DNA of 64,000 bases from Terriglobia bacterium. Its GTDB lineage: Bacteria; Acidobacteriota; Terriglobia; UBA7540. The translations under genes and the position numbers were made by a program. The DNA lies in the NCBI GenBank assembly GCA_035712365.1, contig DASTAW010000064.1, positions 5,203 to 69,202 of the forward strand. Reading direction: 5' to 3'. The notes under the pieces are model-generated. The model was not told the DNA's origin, made no database searches, and saw only the letters and a program-made list of their open reading frames with translations. Each line of letters begins with the position of its first letter. The stretch's first letter is position 1. Of the stretch, positions 23,766 through 31,923 are shown in pieces.

Positions 23766-24506
23766 ATGATTGAGGAAGAGGTTGAAATTCGGACGCACGA
23801 TGGAACGACCGATGCCGTCCTCTACCGGCATGAAGATGGCGCCCGGTGGCGGGGCGTGATTCATTTGACCGACATTGGCGGCGTCCGCCCGGCGCACCGA
23901 GCAATGGCGGGGCGGCTTGCTGGAGAAGGATACACGGTGCTGATGCCGAACCTCTTTTACCGCACGGGGCGCCCACCGCTGATCGATTTCGATTGGCGCG
24001 TTGACGCTGAGCGGGCAAAGAAGCGATTCGCGGAGCTGGCGGAGCCTTTGACGCCGGAAGCGATGGAGCGTGATGCCGGCGACTACCTGGACTTTCTGGC
24101 GGCACACAGTTCGCCGAGCAATGCTCCGATGGGCGTGGTGGGTTACTGCTTCAGCGGGGCCATGGCCTTGCGCATGGCTGCCGCCCGGCCGGACAAAATC
24201 GCCGTTGCTGCGTCATTCCATGGTGGCCGATTATGCACCGACACTGATGCGAGTCCGCACCTGGCGCTGTCTCGCGTCAAGGCGCGGCTCTATTTCGGGC
24301 ACGCCATCGAGGACCGCACGATGCCGGCCGAGGCCATTGCAAAGTTGGACCGCACTTTGCAAGAGTGGGGCGGCAATTATGAAAGCGAGGTTTACGACGG
24401 CGCCCATCACGGTTGGACAGTTCCCGACACCCCCGTTTACAACCAGCCGCAGGCTGAGCGCGCTTACAGCAAATTGACGGAACTGCTGGCGAGCACATTG
24501 AAGTAG
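23766..24506 (+). CDS. dienelactone hydrolase family protein
   Basis: Has MIEEEVEIRTHDGTTDAVLY..GVIHLTDIGGVR...GYCFSGAMAL (nucleophile elbow GxCxG with Cys) ...HGW. Alternative starts run back to TTG 23736. Confidence 0.75.
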   Translation: MIEEEVEIRTHDGTTDAVLYRHEDGARWRGVIHLTDIGGVRPAHRAMAGRLAGEGYTVLMPNLFYRTGRPPLIDFDWRVDAERAKKRFAELAEPLTPEAMERDAGDYLDFLAAHSSPSNAPMGVVGYCFSGAMALRMAAARPDKIAVAASFHGGRLCTDTDASPHLALSRVKARLYFGHAIEDRTMPAEAIAKLDRTLQEWGGNYESEVYDGAHHGWTVPDTPVYNQPQAERAYSKLTELLASTLK

Positions 24507-24561
24507 ATCAGCCGATTCTGATACTCCCGCGCATCTGGCGGAGTTCTTTCTGGAGGTCAGC

Positions 24562-25524
24562 TTGAAACAAGGATTCATTTTAGGGCTTCTGCTTCTGGTC
24601 TGCGCGCCGCTCGCAGCCCAGCAGGCCGTTCCGAAAATCCCATATCAATCCGACCCGAACTTCCTGAAGCTGCCGCAGGGGATGTATCTGGGCGAGGCGG
24701 CGGGAGTGGCTCTGAATTCGAAGGGCGACATTTTCGTCTACAATCGCGGCGAAAAAACGCGCCTGCTGGAGTTTGATTCGAACGGTAATTACCTGCGCAC
24801 CATTGGCGACGGTCTTTACGGATTTGTTTTTGCGCATAGCGTCAAGATCGACAGGGATGACAACATCTGGTGCGTGGACGAAGGTTCGAGCACGGTGATG
24901 GAATTCGACCCCACGGGCCGGCACGTGAAGATGGTGTTGGGACGGCGGCCGGAGCCTTCGAGCCACCTGCTGCCCGGCCAGCCTGAGCCCGCGGCGTCCG
25001 ACTGGCTCTTTAACCGGCCCACCGATGTGGCCTTTGATTCCAAAGGCGAGATTTTTGTGACGGACGGCTACGTCAATTCGCGCGTGATGAAATACGACAA
25101 GTACGGCAACAAGTTGAAGGAGTGGGGAACGCGCGGCACGGCGCCGGGGCAGTTCCACACGCCGCACACGATTGCGGTGGACGCGAATGACCGCCTTTAC
25201 GTTGGCGACCGCGAGAACAACCGCATCCAGGTTTTTGATACCGACGGTAAGTTCATCGCCCAGTGGACGAACGTCGGCGCGCCGTGGGCGCTGTGCATCA
25301 CCAGGGCGCCCCATCAGGTGATCTACAGTTCGGATTCGAGACCCGGCCACATTTACAAGCTGGATTTGAACGGCAAAATCCTGGGCGAATTCGGCACGGC
25401 AGGGAAGCAGCCGGGCCAGTTCGGTTGGATACACCAGATGGCGTGTCCGTCGCAGAACGTTCTTTTCGTGGGAGAGTTGCTCAACTGGCGGGTACAGAAG
25501 CTGGTGCTCCAACCTGAAAAATAG
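24562..25524 (+). CDS. secreted NHL-repeat beta-propeller protein (peptidylglycine-amidating-lyase-like)
   Basis: The TTG start has GGAGG 5 nt upstream. The signal peptide is LLLLVCAPLAAQQ. NHL repeats include PGQFHTPHTIAVDANDRLYVGDRENNRIQVFD and PGQFGWIHQMA. Confidence 0.75.
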   Translation: MKQGFILGLLLLVCAPLAAQQAVPKIPYQSDPNFLKLPQGMYLGEAAGVALNSKGDIFVYNRGEKTRLLEFDSNGNYLRTIGDGLYGFVFAHSVKIDRDDNIWCVDEGSSTVMEFDPTGRHVKMVLGRRPEPSSHLLPGQPEPAASDWLFNRPTDVAFDSKGEIFVTDGYVNSRVMKYDKYGNKLKEWGTRGTAPGQFHTPHTIAVDANDRLYVGDRENNRIQVFDTDGKFIAQWTNVGAPWALCITRAPHQVIYSSDSRPGHIYKLDLNGKILGEFGTAGKQPGQFGWIHQMACPSQNVLFVGELLNWRVQKLVLQPEK

Positions 25525-25644
25525 GAAGAAAGTGAACGGGGACCTCCGCTGCCGCGCCACGTCATCGAGGCGGGTGCAGGCCCTTCGCGGTCCACTTGAC
25601 GGTTCTTGGATTACCGGGCAGTATCAATGAAGACTTCATGCATC

Positions 25645-25720
25645 GGGCCTGTAGCTCAGTTGGGAGAGCACCTGGTTTGCAACCAGGGGGTCGGGAGTTC
25701 GAACCTCCCCAGGTCCACCA
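25645..25720 (+). tRNA. tRNA-Ala (anticodon TGC)
   Basis: A 76-nt cloverleaf with the G3:U70 identity pair (gggcctg/caggtcc), anticodon arm cctgg-TTTGCAA-ccagg, and encoded CCA. Confidence 0.95.
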
Positions 25721-25794
25721 GCCTTAGGATTTCGCCCGTGGGCTAGAGTGGTTGCTTTGCGATCCGGAGCAAAATCTACTGGAGGTCCTTTTCA

Positions 25795-27852
25795 ATGCGG
25801 TCAAGCCTTTCCCGGGTCCTGATTCTTATCCTTCTGAGCGCGCCGCTTGCATTCTCCGCGCCGCCGGCTAGTCCCGCCGCGGAATTGCACGCATTGATTC
25901 AGGACGTTCGCGCTGAAATTCTTCCCGAGCAGGCCATGGAGTACATGCGAAACGTCTATTCCACCGACCGCTGGTTCAACTTCGCCAAATTTCAGGAGAC
26001 CGCGGACTACCTCAAAGTGCAGATGCAGGATATTGGACTCCAGCAGGTCGAGATCGGAACGCCTCCGGCAGACGGTGTAACACAGTTCGGATTCTGGACC
26101 ATGCCTCTGGCGTGGGACGTAAAAGAGGCAAAGCTGGAGATCGTGGACCCCCAGGTTCCCGCTGATCTCCGCGTATTGTGCGACTACCGCAAGGTCCCCA
26201 CCTCGCTTGGCGAATGGAGCGGCCCGACGCCGCCGGAGGGTATCACGGCCGAGGTCGTAGAAGTAAAAGACTGGCCCGCGGAGAAGATCGCCGAGATGGA
26301 CTTGCGCGGCAAGCTGGCCCTGACCGACGAGAACCCTGCCGGAATCAAATGGGCGCTGGCAAAGGCGCACGCGCTCGGCGCCATCAACACGGGGACAGAA
26401 AATCCCAGCCTGAGGGACGGCCGCCAGTGGATGAATGCCTGGGGCGACAACGGATGGGCTTTCATCAAAGGCAGCACGCCGCTTCTCTGCTTCTCAATAA
26501 CGCCTCGGGAGGCGGACCTTCTTCGCGGGCTCATGGCGAGGAACGGCAAGGTGCGCGTCAAGGCTGTGGTGGAGAGCCGCTATTACAAGGGAGTCTATCC
26601 GTACACGACCGGCGTGATTCCCGGGACCGGACCTGAAGAAGTGCTGGCGCTTGGGCACACGGCCGAACAAGGAGCGGAAGACAACGCCACCGGCGTGGCC
26701 GCCCTGATGGAGGCCATGGCAACGCTGAATCGCCTGATTGCGTCCGGAAAACTGCCCCGCCCCCGGCGCACAATCCGGATTCTGGCTATGCCGGAGATGT
26801 ACGGGTCGATGCCCTACATCGCGACCCACCAGGACCGGATCAAACGCACCATTGCCGCGTGGTGTCTGGACACGCCCGCCGGCCAATACGACATGCAGGG
26901 TACTGAATACACTTTCTATATGGACCCGGAAGTCGCCAGCTCTTACACCGATGCTTTTATTCTGAAGGTGGCGGAAGAATATTTTTCCGCAATCCATCGG
27001 CTCTGGCATGAACATGCCTACATGACGGGCACTGACAGCTATCTCGGCGATCCCACCATTGGAGTTCCCACCGTCTGGGCCTACAGCGGGAGCGGCGTCG
27101 AGACCCACCACAACAGTGAAGATACTCCAGGCCGCGTGGATACCAGGTCACTTCGGGATATCTCGACCGTTTCCGCAGCCTATCTCTATTACCTGGCGAA
27201 CGCTGGGACTCCCCAGGCCATTTGGCTGGCGGGAGTGAGCCAGACCCACGGCTACCAGCAGGTCCTGGATGCTGTTTCCCCTTTCCTCGATCGAATTGCT
27301 GACGCCGGCAGCCCGGGTGATCTGGGCCGGCTTCTTCAACAGGCGCTCGATGAAATCGACTACAGCGTGGGACGCCAAACCCAGGCGGTCAACTCCGTGC
27401 TGAGGCTGGTTCCGTCGGAAGAGCAGCAGCAGCAGTTGCAGACATCTCTGGCGCCCTTGTCCAAAGAACTCGTTGAGTTTGGAAATCGTCAGGCCGAGCG
27501 CGTTCGCGCCGCCGCTGCAGCAAGGGCCCGCCTGCTGGGCGTTGAGAATTCCATCCAGCCCATCCCCGAGGCGGACCCCGAAGCTGCGGTTGCATCCCAG
27601 ATCGTCGTTAAGCGCAAGAGTTTTGGGACCATCCCTCTCGACCAAATTCCGCCCGATCAGCGCCAGGGGTATCCCTCCGGCGCCTGGGCCGGCGTTCCCA
27701 TTTCCGCCCTCTACTGGTGCGACGGGCACCGGAGCCTCGAGCAAGTCATCCACCTGACAAAAATGGAACTGGGTCCCACCCGCTTCGATTTTGTGGGGTA
27801 TTTTCGCTTCCTGCGCGATCACGGCTTTGTGGAATTCGTCAAAGGCAATTAG
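25795..27852 (+). CDS. secreted M28-like metallopeptidase family protein
   Basis: It has a signal peptide. LGHTAEQGAEDNATGVAALMEA resembles the M28 H..D / GA.DN.SGVA metal-site region. The specific function is tentative. Confidence 0.5.
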   Translation: MRSSLSRVLILILLSAPLAFSAPPASPAAELHALIQDVRAEILPEQAMEYMRNVYSTDRWFNFAKFQETADYLKVQMQDIGLQQVEIGTPPADGVTQFGFWTMPLAWDVKEAKLEIVDPQVPADLRVLCDYRKVPTSLGEWSGPTPPEGITAEVVEVKDWPAEKIAEMDLRGKLALTDENPAGIKWALAKAHALGAINTGTENPSLRDGRQWMNAWGDNGWAFIKGSTPLLCFSITPREADLLRGLMARNGKVRVKAVVESRYYKGVYPYTTGVIPGTGPEEVLALGHTAEQGAEDNATGVAALMEAMATLNRLIASGKLPRPRRTIRILAMPEMYGSMPYIATHQDRIKRTIAAWCLDTPAGQYDMQGTEYTFYMDPEVASSYTDAFILKVAEEYFSAIHRLWHEHAYMTGTDSYLGDPTIGVPTVWAYSGSGVETHHNSEDTPGRVDTRSLRDISTVSAAYLYYLANAGTPQAIWLAGVSQTHGYQQVLDAVSPFLDRIADAGSPGDLGRLLQQALDEIDYSVGRQTQAVNSVLRLVPSEEQQQQLQTSLAPLSKELVEFGNRQAERVRAAAAARARLLGVENSIQPIPEADPEAAVASQIVVKRKSFGTIPLDQIPPDQRQGYPSGAWAGVPISALYWCDGHRSLEQVIHLTKMELGPTRFDFVGYFRFLRDHGFVEFVKGN

Positions 27853-27994
27853 CCGCAGGTGTTTTCGGAACCTGGTACCAACCCGCCTGCCGCGGCCACT
27901 CTTTTCTTTCAGGCTCGGATCTGAGAAATTCCGCGAGGGAGCGCCGGGCGGCGCGGCGCTTTCGCAAAGTTTTGACGGTTACAGGGCTGATTCA

Positions 27995-28023
27995 TTGACA
28001 GTCGAATCGGTCTTAAGTATCCT
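27995..28023 (+). promoter_or_regulatory. sigma70-like promoter
   Basis: TTGACA-N17-TATCCT, 49 nt upstream of the 28072 start. Confidence 0.45.
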
Positions 28024-28071
28024 GTCGGGAATTTCGCGACGCCATTTTGCTGATTTGTTGGAGGAGATCCA

Positions 28072-31000
28072 ATGGGAAAAAGCCTCTCGCCGTCACGCCG
28101 CAGTTTTCTTCGTACGGCATTTGGTACCGCGTTTGCCGGAGGTGCTCTGGCCGTCCCTTTTGCCGAAGCCTCAACAATCAAAGCCAGCCCTCAGACGATT
28201 GAGGCTACCGTGGTTGCGCGAGTAACACTGGACCATGATGTTTACGACGATGCCGGCGTGGCGAATGGCTCGATCTCTTTCCGCCTACCGCCGGCGGGCG
28301 ACACAGAAATCGAATGGATTGACAGCTTCGGCCGCGTGGCATCGCGATCGAGCTTTGCTCCGCCGTCTTCCATTGACAGTCCTCATCTCTTCTCATTCCG
28401 GCTCGAGTCAGGACTCACTTACTGCAACTGGGTCCGGCTGAAGGTGAACGGCGTTCCGCAGGTGGAAGGCGCAAAGTTCCTCCTCGCACCGCCGGCTCGC
28501 GCCTGGGACGACTATCACGTAGTCAGTTGGGCCCACTATCCTGACGGGTTTTATGATCTGCTGCGGCAATCGGGAGTTGATGCCACCATCGCCTATCGCG
28601 ACGGCGATTTTTCAAACATTCTTGACAACAACTTCAACTTTTACGTTGAGCAAATGGCATGGGAGGTCTTCGCCATCTACCACAAGGACCAGCCGCTGTG
28701 GAAGGGACTGATTGCCAAAGTTCAACAAGACCGCGAAAATCTGAAGCTCTGGGTGCGGCAACCCTGTCTGAACGATCCCAAAACCGATGAATACATCCAT
28801 GAGCATTTGCGACGTTACGTGCGGCAGCACCGCGCGTTTCATCCGCTGTATTACAACATCGCCGATGAGTTGGGCCAGGGCGACCAGATTAAGCCCAACG
28901 ATTTTTGCCACTCTGAACACTGCACCATCAAGTTTGCCGAGTATCTTCGCAACCTGTACGGCACCCCGGGCCGCGTGGAAGGGGAATGGCAGGCGGGCCA
29001 GGAGATGACGCACTGGGATGATGAAAGCCTGCGCTCCGGCGCCGAGTGGGAAGAGCGCGATCTGATGATCTCCTACACCACCACCGATCGCGCTTTTGAC
29101 TCGATTGCTCTCGCGGTCTTCCACGCCAGGTATGGCGGCGTCTCGAAATTCAACAAAGAGTGGGGGACCAGCTTTCCGGAACCCCAGAGCGTGGGGATGA
29201 GTGCACACGATGAATGGGAGCCGGTTATCGGTCTGGCGCGCGATACGCGCTCCATTGTCAATCTGACTGAGGAAGCTTTATCAGACAGGTTGGGGCCGCT
29301 CCCCAAAGCGAACGACCGCTGGGGCATGCGCGCCGGATGGAAGGCCGTTCAGAAGCCCACCAATTTCCAAACCTGGTCCCAGGTTCTGGACTTCCTGAAA
29401 CGCTTCTACACGGAATTGGGCGAAGTCAGCTCCGCTGACGGATGGAACGTCTCCCCCTGGTGCGACTTCCGCAATTTTATGGATGCCACGTTTGCCGACG
29501 CCGTTCTTCGTGCCGCCCAGGTGTGCAAAGCGGAGGACCCTAATGCCCTCTGCGCCACCGAAGGAGGACAGTGCCCGTTTCCCTTCGGCTGGTACAACTA
29601 TGAGCAGGTGCTGAGGGCCGTGGATGTGATCGAGCCGTACAACATCGGCAACAACGTCGAAGTGATCCGTTCGCTCAAGCCCGAGACAATCATGGTCTCA
29701 ACCCACGGCTATGAGTACACGCCCGGCAAGCCGCTCACCGCGGAAGATCGCCTGCAGCAGAAGCGCGCCGTGCGTCCTATTTGGTGGGGCGTTTTCCACG
29801 CGCACCGGGGCAGCCTGATCTGGGACGCTAACCTCAAAAATTACCGGTTCGTAGACGAAAAGACGCGCGATTTAACGCCGGCGGCTGAAACATTTTCAGA
29901 ACTTTTCAACGAGCTCCACCAGGGCATTCCAAAGCTGGTGATGAATTCGCGCCGCATGCACGATGGCATTGCACTCCACTATTCTCAGCCTTCCATGCAG
30001 GTGCATTGGCTGCTCAGTAATTTGAGGTACGCCCGCGAGTGGGTGGCGCACAGCGGAGGAGACCGCGGTAGCCACATTACGGCTGTGCGGAACGCTTGGA
30101 CCAAGCTGATTGAAGACCTGGGGCTCCAGTACAATTTTGTGTCCGGCCCGCAAATCGAAGCCGGAAGGCTCACCAGCGGCGAGTACCGTGCTTTTATCAT
30201 GCCGCAATCTCTTGCCGTCAGCGCGCAGGAGGCGGAGCAGATTCGCCAGTTTGTCGGCGATGGCGGCCTGGTGATTGCGGATTACCGGAACACCACTATG
30301 AACGAGCACGGGCGTGACCTGGGCCACGGCCAGCTCGATGACGTTTTCGGCATCAGCAGGACGCCATCGCCGGCCCCCGCCGGCCAGGCGCAAGCGGCGC
30401 GTGGCATGGCCAATGAAGGATCGGTACAGCTCCAGGGAAAAGAACTCAAATTACTGACGCCGGGCGACAGCGGCATCAAGGCAACCACCGGAAAAGCATT
30501 GGCCCAAAGCGGCAGCACGCCGCTGGTGATTGTCAACTCGTTCGGGAAGGGAAAGGCGGCCTTCCTGAATCTGGAGATCGCCGGGTATGCCTACCAGCGC
30601 CTGCAGGCCAGTCTTGACTCCAGCCTTCCCGACCTTATGGAAGGGGTGCTTGCTCTGGCGAACATCGCTCCGCGCCTGCGTGTGCTGGGCGCCGATGGCA
30701 AGCGCCTGCCCGGCACAGAAGTGGTGGCCTATTGGAATGGCGGATGCGAGCACGTTGCGGTCTTTCGCAACCCGCAGTTCGACGACGGCGGATGGGGCAG
30801 CTTTCCTACTTTGGAAGCGCGCGAGTGGGCCGGCAGCATCGACAATTCGCTGCTGGAGAAGGAAGCCAGGGTCCGGCTTGTCTGGGGCGAGGAAAGGCAG
30901 ACCTACGACATCAGGCAGCGGAAGGATATGGGGAACGCCAAAAGCCTGGAGGCCACGCTCGGTCCCTGGAGCCCGCTGATCTTTACACGCTCTGCGCAGC

Positions 31001-31299
31001 CGCTGCCCGAATTTCGGCTCGATGTCCCGGCTGAAATCAAAGTGGGCGGAACGCTGAATATTGTTGTGCAGGATGCCACGCCGCTTCCTGAGGGGACCGT
31101 TCGCGTTGTCGCGATCGAAATTGAGGACCCGTCTGGCAAGACTTACGATCTCTACTCACGCAATCTTTTGGTCCGCTCGACGCCGTTTCGCGAAAGCATA
31201 CCCCTGGCCTTCAATGATCCTACAGGCCAGTGGAAGGTCCGGGCGCTCGACGTTACAACAGGAAAGGCGGTCGAAACGCCATTCACTGTGGCCGCATGA
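28072..31299 (+). CDS. Tat-signal large GH42-like glycoside-hydrolase-family protein
   Basis: The Tat motif is SRRSFLRTAFGTAFAGG. The ATG has GGAGGAG upstream. YRAFIMPQSLAVSAQEAEQIRQFVGDGGLVIAD is like the beta-galactosidase trimerisation domain. Its architecture parallels the 9131-11227 protein. Confidence 0.5.
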   Translation: MGKSLSPSRRSFLRTAFGTAFAGGALAVPFAEASTIKASPQTIEATVVARVTLDHDVYDDAGVANGSISFRLPPAGDTEIEWIDSFGRVASRSSFAPPSSIDSPHLFSFRLESGLTYCNWVRLKVNGVPQVEGAKFLLAPPARAWDDYHVVSWAHYPDGFYDLLRQSGVDATIAYRDGDFSNILDNNFNFYVEQMAWEVFAIYHKDQPLWKGLIAKVQQDRENLKLWVRQPCLNDPKTDEYIHEHLRRYVRQHRAFHPLYYNIADELGQGDQIKPNDFCHSEHCTIKFAEYLRNLYGTPGRVEGEWQAGQEMTHWDDESLRSGAEWEERDLMISYTTTDRAFDSIALAVFHARYGGVSKFNKEWGTSFPEPQSVGMSAHDEWEPVIGLARDTRSIVNLTEEALSDRLGPLPKANDRWGMRAGWKAVQKPTNFQTWSQVLDFLKRFYTELGEVSSADGWNVSPWCDFRNFMDATFADAVLRAAQVCKAEDPNALCATEGGQCPFPFGWYNYEQVLRAVDVIEPYNIGNNVEVIRSLKPETIMVSTHGYEYTPGKPLTAEDRLQQKRAVRPIWWGVFHAHRGSLIWDANLKNYRFVDEKTRDLTPAAETFSELFNELHQGIPKLVMNSRRMHDGIALHYSQPSMQVHWLLSNLRYAREWVAHSGGDRGSHITAVRNAWTKLIEDLGLQYNFVSGPQIEAGRLTSGEYRAFIMPQSLAVSAQEAEQIRQFVGDGGLVIADYRNTTMNEHGRDLGHGQLDDVFGISRTPSPAPAGQAQAARGMANEGSVQLQGKELKLLTPGDSGIKATTGKALAQSGSTPLVIVNSFGKGKAAFLNLEIAGYAYQRLQASLDSSLPDLMEGVLALANIAPRLRVLGADGKRLPGTEVVAYWNGGCEHVAVFRNPQFDDGGWGSFPTLEAREWAGSIDNSLLEKEARVRLVWGEERQTYDIRQRKDMGNAKSLEATLGPWSPLIFTRSAQPLPEFRLDVPAEIKVGGTLNIVVQDATPLPEGTVRVVAIEIEDPSGKTYDLYSRNLLVRSTPFRESIPLAFNDPTGQWKVRALDVTTGKAVETPFTVAA

Positions 31300-31343
31300 G
31301 CGAGAACTACCGAAGGTTGCATAATCAAGTGACACGTTGTTTT

Positions 31344-31407
31344 TGTAGCGCCGCCGTCTCGGCGGCATTTATCGAGGCCGGTCCCGCTTGGCGGGACCGG
31401 GGCTACG
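31344..31407. repeat. two REP-like GC hairpins of the hairpin+GCTAC(A/G) family
   Basis: tgtagc-gccgcc-gtctc-ggcggc (31344-66), and ccggtcccgc-ttg-gcgggaccgg followed by ggctacg (31378-407). Confidence 0.75.
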
Positions 31408-31923
31408 CGAAAACGTCACTATATTTTGCAATCCTCAATAATGGGGCATTGGCAAGGCCTTGGGCCAAAGACATGAAGCAGCCTCTCATGTTTTGAAGCT
31501 GGAAGGTTATTAGTTCTGTGGCCCTTGTGGGTTGAGATGGGCCATAAACCGGCTAAATTGCCGGGGGAAACCGGACCAGGCAAACCTGTTGTGGAGACTA
31601 TGACGAAGGCATTTTCAAGAGAATTTGCTTGACAACTGGAAAGTTTTCCGGTACCTCTTGCTTCAGCGCAGGTTTTATCTTTGTGGTAGTTGCGGGCAAG
31701 GGTTGCATTTCGCGTCGGGTTCTTGAACTCTTTTTTCCTAAGGGTGCGACAACGGGCACAGGTAACCGGCCCAATCCTATCGTGGAAAAGAAAGCTAAAT
31801 GCCAACGCCGTTTGGCCACGCAGCAGTCGCGGTCTGGCACGGAGTCTGTGTGGCTGCGTCCTGAGGTCTCTGCATCGCCAGGAGACGCAAAGCTAACGAA
31901 ATCCAATTTTCGTGGGGGAGATC

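Noticed and set aside
31690-31860. Possible sigma-54 promoters (gggcaagggttgcat; tggcacggagtctgtg).
   Set aside because: The GG-to-GC spacing is 2 nt short in the first, and the -12 TTGC element is missing in the second.
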